Positions 16,112-23,742 of a stretch of 24,000 nucleotides of DNA are shown here, in pieces. Position 1 is the first letter of the stretch. Each line of letters begins with the position of its first letter. The DNA is from Thermoactinomyces vulgaris (GTDB taxonomy: Bacteria; Bacillota; Bacilli; Thermoactinomycetales; Thermoactinomycetaceae). Below the pieces are notes generated by a model, which saw only the letters and a program-made list of their open reading frames with translations, was not told where the DNA came from and made no database searches. A program made the position numbers and the translations under genes. The stretch is taken from NCBI RefSeq assembly GCF_003688725.1, contig NZ_REFP01000007.1, positions 64,291 to 88,290 of the forward strand, read 5' to 3'.

Positions 16112-16786
16112 ATGCAAAACAGTAAAAAATTTATTAAATTGGGAATTACTGTCGCAGCATCTCTTGTGATTTCTACAGGACTTCCGGCAGGCATCACACA
16201 TGCCGCCACTTTGGAAACGGCCAACCATTCCTTGATTTCCCAGATTTTCAAACAGTTTGGTTGGGCGTTCAAGGGAAAAACGGCAAATGCACAGCCTGAA
16301 AATCCGGAAGCTTCAGAACCGTCCGGACAAACCACGGTTCCTGAAAACCAAACTGGACAAGCACCGTCCGATAACGGGCAAACGGATACAGAACAAACAG
16401 CTACGACCAAAGCAGACCAGATTATTGCAACAGGAGAAAAATATTTGGGAACACCTTACCAGTTTGGCGCTAAATCAGGACAAACCAAAACCTTTGATTG
16501 TTCTTCTTTCGTTCAACATGTGTTTAAAGAAAACGGCATTGATCTGCCGCGTAACTCCCGTCAACAATCAACGGTTGGACAAACGGTTCCTTTCAGTGAA
16601 ATCCAAAAGGGGGATTTGTTGTTCTTTGAGCTGAGCAGCAATCCGGGACGGATCGGCCATGTGGGCATTTATGCCGGGAACAACAAAATCTTGCATACCT
16701 GGGGACCGGGTGGTGTCCGGTATGACGATTTGTCCGACCGCTGGTTGAAAGAAGGGTTTGTCAAAGCCCAACGTGTGATTCAGTAA
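16112..16786 (+). CDS. Secreted NlpC/P60 (C40) peptidoglycan/gamma-glutamyl endopeptidase
   Basis: Signal peptide MQNSKKFIKLGITVAASLVISTGLPAGITHAAT, then a low-complexity P/E/Q/T linker. The C-terminal NlpC/P60 domain has the catalytic Cys context YQFGAKSG.TKTFDCSSFVQHVF and the His context GRIGHVGIYAGNNKILH. ATG 16112 follows AGAGGAGGA. The track start at 15881 overlaps the divergent gene and is rejected. Confidence 0.9.
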   Translation: MQNSKKFIKLGITVAASLVISTGLPAGITHAATLETANHSLISQIFKQFGWAFKGKTANAQPENPEASEPSGQTTVPENQTGQAPSDNGQTDTEQTATTKADQIIATGEKYLGTPYQFGAKSGQTKTFDCSSFVQHVFKENGIDLPRNSRQQSTVGQTVPFSEIQKGDLLFFELSSNPGRIGHVGIYAGNNKILHTWGPGGVRYDDLSDRWLKEGFVKAQRVIQ

Positions 16787-16853
16787 ACGTGTGATTCGGT
16801 AAATTCGGAAAAAACATCCGTTGAAAATATTCGTTGTCGCTCCAACGAATGAA

Positions 16854-16893
16854 AATGACTGCTCAGATCTTGTTTCTGAGCAGTCATTTGTTT
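16854..16893. terminator. Bidirectional terminator between the NlpC/P60 gene and the convergent GNAT gene
   Basis: AATGACTGCTCAG-atcttgttt-CTGAGCAGTCATT is a 13-bp perfect stem, followed by TGTTTAATTTT on the plus strand and TTCATTCGTT on the minus strand. Confidence 0.75.
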
Positions 16894-17389
16894 AATTTTC
16901 CGGAACCGGGATTCTGACAGACGGTTCGGATTTCTTCAACACGTCCGCCGGATCGAAATTTCCCCCGCCCAGCCAGAGGGTGTCTTTTCCGGTCGGGCCT
17001 TTACATAGCGAAAAAGCCATCAATCCGCATGAAAAACACAGTTTTAAGCTGGGGATGTTGTCGGAAGCGACCCGGGCATATACTTTCCCCAAGGATTGGA
17101 TCGCTTGCTTCAAAAGTTGTTCCCCCACCCGTTTCCGGCGGTAATCCGGATGGACCGCGATGAAAGATTCTTCAATTCCGTAGTTTCCAAAGACAATGAT
17201 TCCCGCCACTTTTTTTTCGTCATAAGCGGCGGCGATATAAGTTCCTTCCTTCAATTCTCCAGGCGTCAACCGGTGGAACCACCGCATCGCCTGATGGGTG
17301 ATTCTCCCGTCTCCGTATCGTCTCAAAAAGCGGAGCAGGGGTTTTCGGATCCGCTCCAACGATTGCGGCGGAAATGCATGAATTTTCAT
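16892..17389 (-). CDS. GNAT-family N-acyltransferase, last gene of the ATP-grasp operon
   Basis: 165 aa. GNAT core pattern YIAAAYDEKKVAGIIVFGNYGIEESFIAVHPDYRRKRVGEQLLKQAIQSL (beta4-alpha3 CoA pyrophosphate-binding region). Its ATG 17389 overlaps the upstream stop as ATGA. Confidence 0.75.
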   Translation of the reverse strand: MKIHAFPPQSLERIRKPLLRFLRRYGDGRITHQAMRWFHRLTPGELKEGTYIAAAYDEKKVAGIIVFGNYGIEESFIAVHPDYRRKRVGEQLLKQAIQSLGKVYARVASDNIPSLKLCFSCGLMAFSLCKGPTGKDTLWLGGGNFDPADVLKKSEPSVRIPVPEN

Positions 17390-18708
17390 GTCGCCGTCCC
17401 CTCCGATGTATGTGAAAATCCGCTCAGGTACAATGAGTATTCAATCAAACGGCGCAAAGACCGTCTCCGGATGTTGGGTTCGTCAAATTTCATCGGCTTG
17501 GAATTGGCCTCAAAGATCCAAAGGCTTCCGTCTTTTTCAATGCCGAGATCCATCGACATTTCCCCCAGGAGGGCGTTTTGTTGGTTTTCAATCCACCGGG
17601 CGGTCCGGATGCCGACTTGTTCGATCCGTTCTTTGATACGATCTGTTTCGCTGCCAAACACGGATTGAAGTACCGTGTCGATTTTTTCGATGTGCCCTCC
17701 CATGGGAACATGGGTGGAAATTGCCCGTTCGCCGGCCACCCGGACCCCCATCCCTGATAACCCCCATCGGCCGGTGCCGTTTTTCTGGAGCAAAATGCGG
17801 ATGTCAAACGGATGGCCGTGAAAGGTGGCCAACGGGATGCCTTGTTGCAAAATATAGGCGGTTTTTTGTTTCAGCCGGTTGTACAAATCCCAAACTTCTT
17901 TCAGGGTCCGCACCCGGTATTTCTTTTTTTCCCTGGTGGTCTGGTAGGAGAGTTCATAGTGCTGCTTTTTTTTGTCAAGGCGCATCATTTTGATGCCGGC
18001 TTTTCCTTCGACCGGTTTAAAATAAAGAACCGGATGTTTGGCGGCCATGCGCTCCAATTGTTCCATGTGGTGAAGCCGGACGGTTTCCGGTAACAGCCGG
18101 TGTAAGTCGGGAGAAGCGGCAAGCTGTTGGTACAGCGTCCATTTGTCAAAAAAGCCGGGGTTAAACAGGTAAACGCCCGGCATTTGCTGCAGTTGCCGGA
18201 TGGTTTGCCGGACTTCCGGGGTTTTTTCAATCATCCGGTTGGGGATGCGATTGTACACGACATTCGGGAAGGGCAGCCGGGCCGCTTTCCACCGCGGTTT
18301 CACCGAATGAGGATCCAGCAGATATCCGTTGACGGTGGAATGGTTGCCGATGCCTTGGGGCGTAAGGACAAACACGGTGACGCCCATTTCTCTTCCCGTC
18401 CGGATCAAGTCGGCGAAATTTTGGTGATTTCCTCCAAACGGCTTTTTATTGTTTGAGGTTAATATGGCGACAAAAGGACCGGCTTGATAATGATTCTTCC
18501 GGGACAAATGCCTGAGGCGGGCGGGCGTGTGATGGGATTGGCTGGGCCTGCCGTGGGGGTTGAATCTGATTTTCGCTTTCGTGTGACGGCCGATAATGGC
18601 AGAAACCATGCCGGGAAACTGTTTTTTTGGATATCGTCTGAGCGGAACAAATTCCAGGGTGTTTTTGTTTGGTACGATGGACAGCCAGCCGGCTTTGGGT
18701 AATTTCAT
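17386..18708 (-). CDS. YheC/YheD-family ATP-grasp protein, paralogue 4 (D)
   Basis: It shares family blocks with the three upstream paralogues: PFVAILTS, FPNVVYNRIPNR, LPET, VLYFKP, HPFDIRILLQKNG, EMSMDLGIEKDGSLWIFEANSKP. Preferred start is ATG 18708 (GGGGGAG SD 9 nt upstream), which avoids a 28-nt overlap with paralogue C. Confidence 0.85.
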   Translation of the reverse strand: MKLPKAGWLSIVPNKNTLEFVPLRRYPKKQFPGMVSAIIGRHTKAKIRFNPHGRPSQSHHTPARLRHLSRKNHYQAGPFVAILTSNNKKPFGGNHQNFADLIRTGREMGVTVFVLTPQGIGNHSTVNGYLLDPHSVKPRWKAARLPFPNVVYNRIPNRMIEKTPEVRQTIRQLQQMPGVYLFNPGFFDKWTLYQQLAASPDLHRLLPETVRLHHMEQLERMAAKHPVLYFKPVEGKAGIKMMRLDKKKQHYELSYQTTREKKKYRVRTLKEVWDLYNRLKQKTAYILQQGIPLATFHGHPFDIRILLQKNGTGRWGLSGMGVRVAGERAISTHVPMGGHIEKIDTVLQSVFGSETDRIKERIEQVGIRTARWIENQQNALLGEMSMDLGIEKDGSLWIFEANSKPMKFDEPNIRRRSLRRLIEYSLYLSGFSHTSEGTAT

Positions 18709-18728
18709 AAGATGGCGCTCCCCCTTTG

Positions 18729-20096
18729 TTAAATGAAGTTGGTCAGATTTAAACAATAATCGGTTATATATTTTGCAGACATGCGCCCGGCTTCGCGCAA
18801 ACTCGGATGCAAGAAGATGTGCCTGCCCGGTTTGGCATTCACTTCAAAAAGCCAAACGCGGCCGTTGCGGTCCACCCCGATGTCCAGCCCCAACTCTCCC
18901 AGGGTTCCGTCAATCTGTTCTTCCAATGTTTCGGCAATGGTGATGGCGGAGCGGATGATCATTTTTTTCACTTCAGAGGCATGCTGATGGAATGTTTTAA
19001 GAAGCAGTTCATCCGTCCGGATGATGGAGCCTCCGGTCCTGACATGTGTTGTGACGCAACCGAAACCGGCTGCCTTGGAGCCGATGGCAACCACTTTCCA
19101 GTGCCCTTTGCTGTCTTTGTGCATGTGAACACGGAAATCGACAGGTCGGTGGTTATTCCGGATCAACCGGATCCCCTGCTGAACGAGATATTTTTTGAAC
19201 CGGGGAGAGTGGATGCTGCCAAAATAATGGCTGATTAACGCTTTTAAAGACCGGAACAGGTGAAGGACGTTTTTGTTCCCTTTGTGGAACCGGCAATAGT
19301 AACCTTTTCCCGGGTGGTAAGTGATGCGGAAAATCCCCAGCCCCAAACTGCCGCCACTGGGCTTTAAATAGACCATCCGATGCTCTTTCAGCATTCTTTC
19401 CATGATCTCCAGAGTGGGGGGCATGTAAGTTTCGGGCATGAAAGTGGATGTTGCCGGATGGTGGTTCAGCATCTGATGGATGGACCATTTGTTGAAAAAG
19501 CCTTGGTTGAAGATTTTGCAAGCGGTGTTTTTTTTGAAGCGGTTTAAACAGGACTGAACCTGGGCCATGGATTCAGCCCGGCGATTGGGAATCCGTTCAT
19601 AAATGACATCGGGAAACGGTGAGAACAAGGGATGCCAACGATTTTGGAAGAAGTACCATCCCCGGACGGTTTGATTCTGCCAATTCACCATTTCCGGAGT
19701 AAAGACATAGATGAATGGTTTTTCGTCAAAACCCGCTTGAATGAAACTACGAAATAACTGGGTCCGGTTGCCGAAAGGTTGTTCCGGGTGGTGGCGGAAA
19801 CCGGTGGTGAGGATGCCGATCACGGGTCCGAATTTCAACGTTTTGTCGGTAAACAGAGCCCGGATGGTTCCCGTGTAAGGGAAGAGCAACTGTCTGGCGA
19901 CCGCCGGGGAAAGGAAAATCTTGTTTCCGGCCAGTGGAGCGATGATCACCCGGGTGATCATCGTTTTGTTTCCAAGTTGAATTTTAATGGATTGCCCGCT
20001 TTGGCATCCCCATAAATTCCCTAATGCCTGGCTGATCACAATGGCTTTGGCCGGAGTTTTGGAGTGAATTCGTATTTGGCAAAGGATTGATTTCAT
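18729..20096 (-). CDS. YheC/YheD-family ATP-grasp protein, paralogue 3 (C), with an N-terminal ~95-aa extra domain
   Basis: Family blocks: FGPVIGILTT, FPDVIYERIPNR, MPET, MVYLKPSGGSLGLGI, RPVDFRVHMHKD, ELGLDIGVDRNGRVWLFEVNAKPG. The ATG lies 10 nt after the stop of paralogue B, with a GAGGG SD in the gap. Confidence 0.85.
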   Translation of the reverse strand: MKSILCQIRIHSKTPAKAIVISQALGNLWGCQSGQSIKIQLGNKTMITRVIIAPLAGNKIFLSPAVARQLLFPYTGTIRALFTDKTLKFGPVIGILTTGFRHHPEQPFGNRTQLFRSFIQAGFDEKPFIYVFTPEMVNWQNQTVRGWYFFQNRWHPLFSPFPDVIYERIPNRRAESMAQVQSCLNRFKKNTACKIFNQGFFNKWSIHQMLNHHPATSTFMPETYMPPTLEIMERMLKEHRMVYLKPSGGSLGLGIFRITYHPGKGYYCRFHKGNKNVLHLFRSLKALISHYFGSIHSPRFKKYLVQQGIRLIRNNHRPVDFRVHMHKDSKGHWKVVAIGSKAAGFGCVTTHVRTGGSIIRTDELLLKTFHQHASEVKKMIIRSAITIAETLEEQIDGTLGELGLDIGVDRNGRVWLFEVNAKPGRHIFLHPSLREAGRMSAKYITDYCLNLTNFI

Positions 20097-20106
20097 ACTG
20101 ACCCTC

Positions 20107-21207
20107 CTAGCTGTTCAATAAGGCATTCGCATATTGAATGGGAAACTGGATGGCACGCCGCCGCACTTCCAGTTCTCCGGTTTTTAAGAAAACGGACCGC
20201 CCGGGTTTTGAGTTGACTTCAATAATCCAGACATCTTTGTTTTCATCGATGCCGATATCGATTCCCAGCTCTACCAGAGGACCGTGACGGCTTTCGATAA
20301 ACGGGGGCACGATTTCACTCAGATAGTTGATGGTCGAGGAAATTTTGGCTGCTTCTTGCGGGGTGTAATGCTGCTTTAAAAAAGGTTGGAACGGTAAAGC
20401 TTGCCCGCCGCCGTGCAAATTGGAGGTGATGGAATCGGGTTGGCCGGTCCGGATGGCATGCCCCGTTGTTTCCCATCTTTTTTGTCCGTTTTTTTGGACC
20501 AGAATCCTGACATCAAACGGGCGTCCATCCGGTGTGTTCAGCGACAAAAGAGGTTGAAGGATGTAACGGGTGTCCCGGATGGTTTGTTCCACCCAATGGC
20601 TGAGTTGGACCAGGGTTTGAAATTGAACGGAAAAAGGCCGGTTGAATTTCGTCCGCCCTTTCAGCAAGAAAGAGGAGGGGGGGATTTGTTCGATGGCGAC
20701 CACTCCTCTTCCGTGACTGCCGCCATTGGGTTTGATCAAAACACGGTTATGTTTCCGGAGGAAAGAGAACAGCTCTTGTGCATGGGTCAACCGCTTGGTT
20801 TCCGGGAGATAAGTCCGGATTTCCGGATGCTCTTTCAAGATGAGATAGGTTTGGTATTTCCCGCCCAAAGCTCTTCCAAGCAACCGGATTTGCGGGTCTT
20901 GGGTGATTTTTTGAACATGGGGTTTATACTTCATATAATGCCGGGCGTTGACATAATAACAACGGTCATAGATCAAATACGGCAGCGGAACCGTCTGTTG
21001 TTTCCAACGCTGATTGTGATAATGCCAAGCCGGAACCGTTCTGGTTTTCCAATGAATCCGGCCCGGATTGAATATAAAGACTTCCAGCCCCTGCTTTTTT
21101 CCTTCGAGTGTCAGTTGTTCAAAGAATGTGTGCTCTTTAAACGGAGGGTGTTTTTGGTTGTTTCCGTAGCAAACCATTATGCCAAGCCTGTTTTTTTGAT
21201 CGGTCAT
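20107..21207 (-). CDS. YheC/YheD-family ATP-grasp protein, paralogue 2 (B), lacking the N-terminal extra domain
   Basis: 366 aa. Family blocks: RLGIMV, LPYLIYDR, LPET, VLIKPNGGSHGRGV, RPFDVRILVQKNG, ELGIDIGIDENKDVWIIEVNSKPG. The start overlaps the stop of paralogue A as ATGA (21204-21207). Confidence 0.85.
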   Translation of the reverse strand: MTDQKNRLGIMVCYGNNQKHPPFKEHTFFEQLTLEGKKQGLEVFIFNPGRIHWKTRTVPAWHYHNQRWKQQTVPLPYLIYDRCYYVNARHYMKYKPHVQKITQDPQIRLLGRALGGKYQTYLILKEHPEIRTYLPETKRLTHAQELFSFLRKHNRVLIKPNGGSHGRGVVAIEQIPPSSFLLKGRTKFNRPFSVQFQTLVQLSHWVEQTIRDTRYILQPLLSLNTPDGRPFDVRILVQKNGQKRWETTGHAIRTGQPDSITSNLHGGGQALPFQPFLKQHYTPQEAAKISSTINYLSEIVPPFIESRHGPLVELGIDIGIDENKDVWIIEVNSKPGRSVFLKTGELEVRRRAIQFPIQYANALLNS

Positions 21208-22628
21208 CGCCGTTGCCTCCTCATGATCCCGGAAGTCGTCGAAGGAGAAGGGGCGGGAGGATGTTTTCCTTGCTTGGAAAGGTATAGCACGTAGTCGATC
21301 AACCGCAACACGGACGGGCGAAAATGGCTGTTTGGATTAATCACGGTGTCATCGGTTTTGGATGGTTTGGAATTGATTTCAATCAGCCAGATTTTTCCGT
21401 GCACATCAATGGCCAGATCGATTCCGAGTTCGGCGAAATGGCCGTCGGCCAAACGTTCAAACGTTTTGGCGATGTCAAGTGCGGCGGCCCGAAGTTGGTG
21501 GATGGACGGTTTGTTTGGATAGGACAATTCCTTCAAAACATCACTTGCTTTGCGGATTGTACCTCCACGGGCCAGATTGGATACAATATGTTGAATGTTG
21601 GCAATCCGCGCAACGGAAGAAGTGATTTTCCAAACCCCTTCCTTGGTTTTTTGTGCCAAAATGCGAAAGTCTACCGGCCGGTAGTCAAATTTCATCAGCC
21701 TGAGTCCCTGTTGGGCGATGTAAGGCTGGCTTCTGATTTTTTGTTTTAACAATTTCATCAGGCTGGAATGGTTCTTCAAGGTTCGGCGAACCGTTCCCCC
21801 TGGAGTGGACAGTTGATAAATCCACCTGTTTTTGGAATGGGTTATCTTGATGATCCCGCTTCCCAGACTGCCGTTGGTCGGTTTGAGATAAACGGTGGAG
21901 TATCGTTTAAAGAGGGATAAGGCCCTCGGATCGCGGAATGAATAGGTTTCCGGCAATCGCGAACGGATTGCTTCATCTTGGACCAGGATTTGATAAACCT
22001 GTAATTTATCCAAAAACCTCTCATTAAAGATGGGGATCCGGAAAAGGTTTTTTAACAGGGACATTTTTTTCTGCAAAGATTCTTGTTGCTCGATGCGGCG
22101 TGAGTTGATGCGGTTGTAAATTACATCCGGGAGCGGGTATTTTGTACATTGCCACCGGTTTTTCTGTTTGATCCAGACGGTCGTTTCATTCCGGTTTAAA
22201 TCGATGTGTTCCGGCGTGATGACAGCGACCCGGATCCCTCTCATCTGACCGGCAGTGATGCATTCATCCAGAAATTTGGTCATCAGGCCAAAAGGTTGAG
22301 CACGCTTTTCCTGTGGATGGGCATTGATCAAAATGCCAAAAACAGGTCCAAATCGCAAGCGGAGAGAATGTGCGTCAAAATGGGCCCGAATCCATGGCTG
22401 AGGGTTCATTTTCAATTGCTCGGCAAGCTCAGAGCTGATGCAAATCAGTTTATGGTTCATGCGACTGAAAGCGACTCGTCCTTTTGCGATGGCTGAACCA
22501 AATGCGACTGAGAAAACCGGGGTTTTTATCTCCAATTTTTTGGCCAAAGCCTGACTCATCACCAGATCAATGTGGTGAGGAAGCTGATGTTGCGACAAGA
22601 TTTGAATTTGTACTTGTGCCAGCCCCAT
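21204..22628 (-). CDS. YheC/YheD-family ATP-grasp protein, paralogue 1 (A), with an N-terminal ~100-aa extra domain
   Basis: Family blocks: FGPVFGILIN, LPDVIYNRINSR, LPET, TVYLKPTNGSLGSGI, RPVDFRILAQK, ELGIDLAIDVHGKIWLIEINSKPS. Preferred start is ATG 22628 (GGAAGGGGA SD 5 nt upstream). The track start at 22685 has no SD. Confidence 0.85.
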   Translation of the reverse strand: MGLAQVQIQILSQHQLPHHIDLVMSQALAKKLEIKTPVFSVAFGSAIAKGRVAFSRMNHKLICISSELAEQLKMNPQPWIRAHFDAHSLRLRFGPVFGILINAHPQEKRAQPFGLMTKFLDECITAGQMRGIRVAVITPEHIDLNRNETTVWIKQKNRWQCTKYPLPDVIYNRINSRRIEQQESLQKKMSLLKNLFRIPIFNERFLDKLQVYQILVQDEAIRSRLPETYSFRDPRALSLFKRYSTVYLKPTNGSLGSGIIKITHSKNRWIYQLSTPGGTVRRTLKNHSSLMKLLKQKIRSQPYIAQQGLRLMKFDYRPVDFRILAQKTKEGVWKITSSVARIANIQHIVSNLARGGTIRKASDVLKELSYPNKPSIHQLRAAALDIAKTFERLADGHFAELGIDLAIDVHGKIWLIEINSKPSKTDDTVINPNSHFRPSVLRLIDYVLYLSKQGKHPPAPSPSTTSGIMRRQRR

Positions 22629-22639
22629 GACAATCCCCT

Positions 22640-22700
22640 TCCGCCTGTAAAATACTAATGTATGGTATGTGGGCGTCAACCGCATGGTGAATAAAACAGG
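22640..22700 (-). promoter_or_regulatory. Candidate promoter region of the ATP-grasp operon (ambiguous sigma assignment)
   Basis: The minus strand reads ...TTCACCATGCGGTTGACGCCCACATACCATACATTAGTATTTTACAGG. One reading is sigma-A-like: TTGACG (22679->22674), 16 nt, TAGTAT (22657->22652). Alternatively there are two overlapping CATAnnnTA motifs (CATACCATA and CATACATTA) with an AC 17 nt upstream of the first. That resembles the mother-cell sigma-K pattern as I recall it. These are low-information motifs. Confidence 0.3.
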
Positions 22701-22860
22701 CTTGGCTTCGGCGGAAGGGATGGAAAAAAAGCGGGAAAATCGTTAGGATGAAAAAGAGGGGGACTGAAGCCGGACGGGTGGAAGGATGACCTTGTCCACG
22801 GTCACGGTTTCCCGGGATGGTCAGACAGGTTGAAAGGATTGCAAAGAAGGAGGATGACGG

Positions 22861-23550
22861 ATGAACATTACATATCACGGACATTCTTGTTTTGAAATTG
22901 AAACCCCGAAACACCGCATTGTCATTGACCCGTTTTTAAGCGGCAATCCGCTGGCGAAAGCGAAACCGGAAGAGATCAAGGCAGATTGGATTTTATTGAC
23001 GCACGGTCATGACGACCACGTCGGGGATACGGTGGACATTGCCAAGCGGAATCAAGCGACCGTGATCGCCCCCCATGAATTGGCCGTCTGGCTCGGTTTC
23101 CAAGGGGTGAATGCCCATGGCATGTCCATTGGCGGAGGCTATTCGTTTGATTTTGGCCATGTCAAAATGGTGAATGCGCTGCATGGTTCCGGATTTGTCA
23201 AAAATGAAGAACAACAAATCATTTATTTGGGACCACCATCCGGTTTTGTGCTGACCTTGGAAGGTAAAACCATTTACCATGCAGGGGACACTGCGCTTTA
23301 CTCTGATATGAAACTGATTGGAAGAGGAAAAGAAATCGATTTGGCCCTTCTCCCCATCGGGGACAATTTCACCATGGGGCCGGAAGATGCGCTGACGGCT
23401 GCGGAATGGATCGGGGCCAAGCATGTGATTCCGATGCATTACAACACGTTCCCGCCGATCCGGCAAGATGCCGGCGCTTTTGTGGAGAAACTGAATGCCA
23501 AAGGTATGAGCGGCAGTGTGCTTGGCGTCGGCGAAACATTCACCCTCTAA
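22861..23550 (+). CDS. UPF0173-family metal-dependent hydrolase (metallo-beta-lactamase fold, YtkL-like)
   Basis: [33 protein letters not shown]...[16 protein letters not shown], about 229 aa. The N-terminus and the HxHxDH motif are typical of the UPF0173 family. The SD AGAAGGAGGA precedes the ATG. Confidence 0.9.
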   Translation: MNITYHGHSCFEIETPKHRIVIDPFLSGNPLAKAKPEEIKADWILLTHGHDDHVGDTVDIAKRNQATVIAPHELAVWLGFQGVNAHGMSIGGGYSFDFGHVKMVNALHGSGFVKNEEQQIIYLGPPSGFVLTLEGKTIYHAGDTALYSDMKLIGRGKEIDLALLPIGDNFTMGPEDALTAAEWIGAKHVIPMHYNTFPPIRQDAGAFVEKLNAKGMSGSVLGVGETFTL

Positions 23551-23630
23551 GATAACGATTTGTAAATTTACTGTAATTGACTCGTAATCTTTTTCCACTA
23601 CAATAGACGAAGATGAAAACCCCCTTTGGT

Positions 23631-23660
23631 AGAGACGGTTTTAAAGCCGTCTCTTTTTTG
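23631..23660 (+). terminator. Rho-independent terminator after the hydrolase gene
   Basis: AGAGACGG-ttttaaag-CCGTCTCT followed by TTTTTTG. Confidence 0.8.
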
Positions 23661-23742
23661 TTTGCTCATAAGGCTGATAAGCCGGTGCTATATAAAAAGA
23701 CAAAAGAATATATTGTTGGTAAATGGTGAGGGGGGAAGGGAA

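Noticed and set aside
20401-21294. A 297-aa plus-strand ORF, and other antisense ORFs across the ATP-grasp operon (17096-17668, 18127-18456, 18807-19238, 21324-21749, 22206-22496)
   Set aside because: They are antisense to four mutually homologous genes with family motifs and coupled starts. They have no SD and a low-complexity, odd composition.
22629-22860. A RiPP/graspetide precursor peptide ORF next to the ATP-grasp + GNAT genes (also checked 16787-16891)
   Set aside because: Only tiny ORFs without a usable SD are present, for example MVNKTGLASAEGMEKKRENR at 22684-22746 and MKKRGTEAGRVEG at 22748-22789. None has a Thr/Ser/Asp/Glu-rich core typical of graspetides. The ligases belong to the YheC/D family rather than the MdnB/C type.
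22567-22914. A 115-aa minus-strand ORF bridging the divergent intergenic region
   Set aside because: It overlaps the starts of both flanking, well-supported genes in other frames. It has no SD and a low-complexity sequence.
22993-23598. A 201-aa minus-strand ORF opposite the UPF0173 hydrolase
   Set aside because: It is antisense to a gene with clear family motifs (HGHDDH) and a strong SD.
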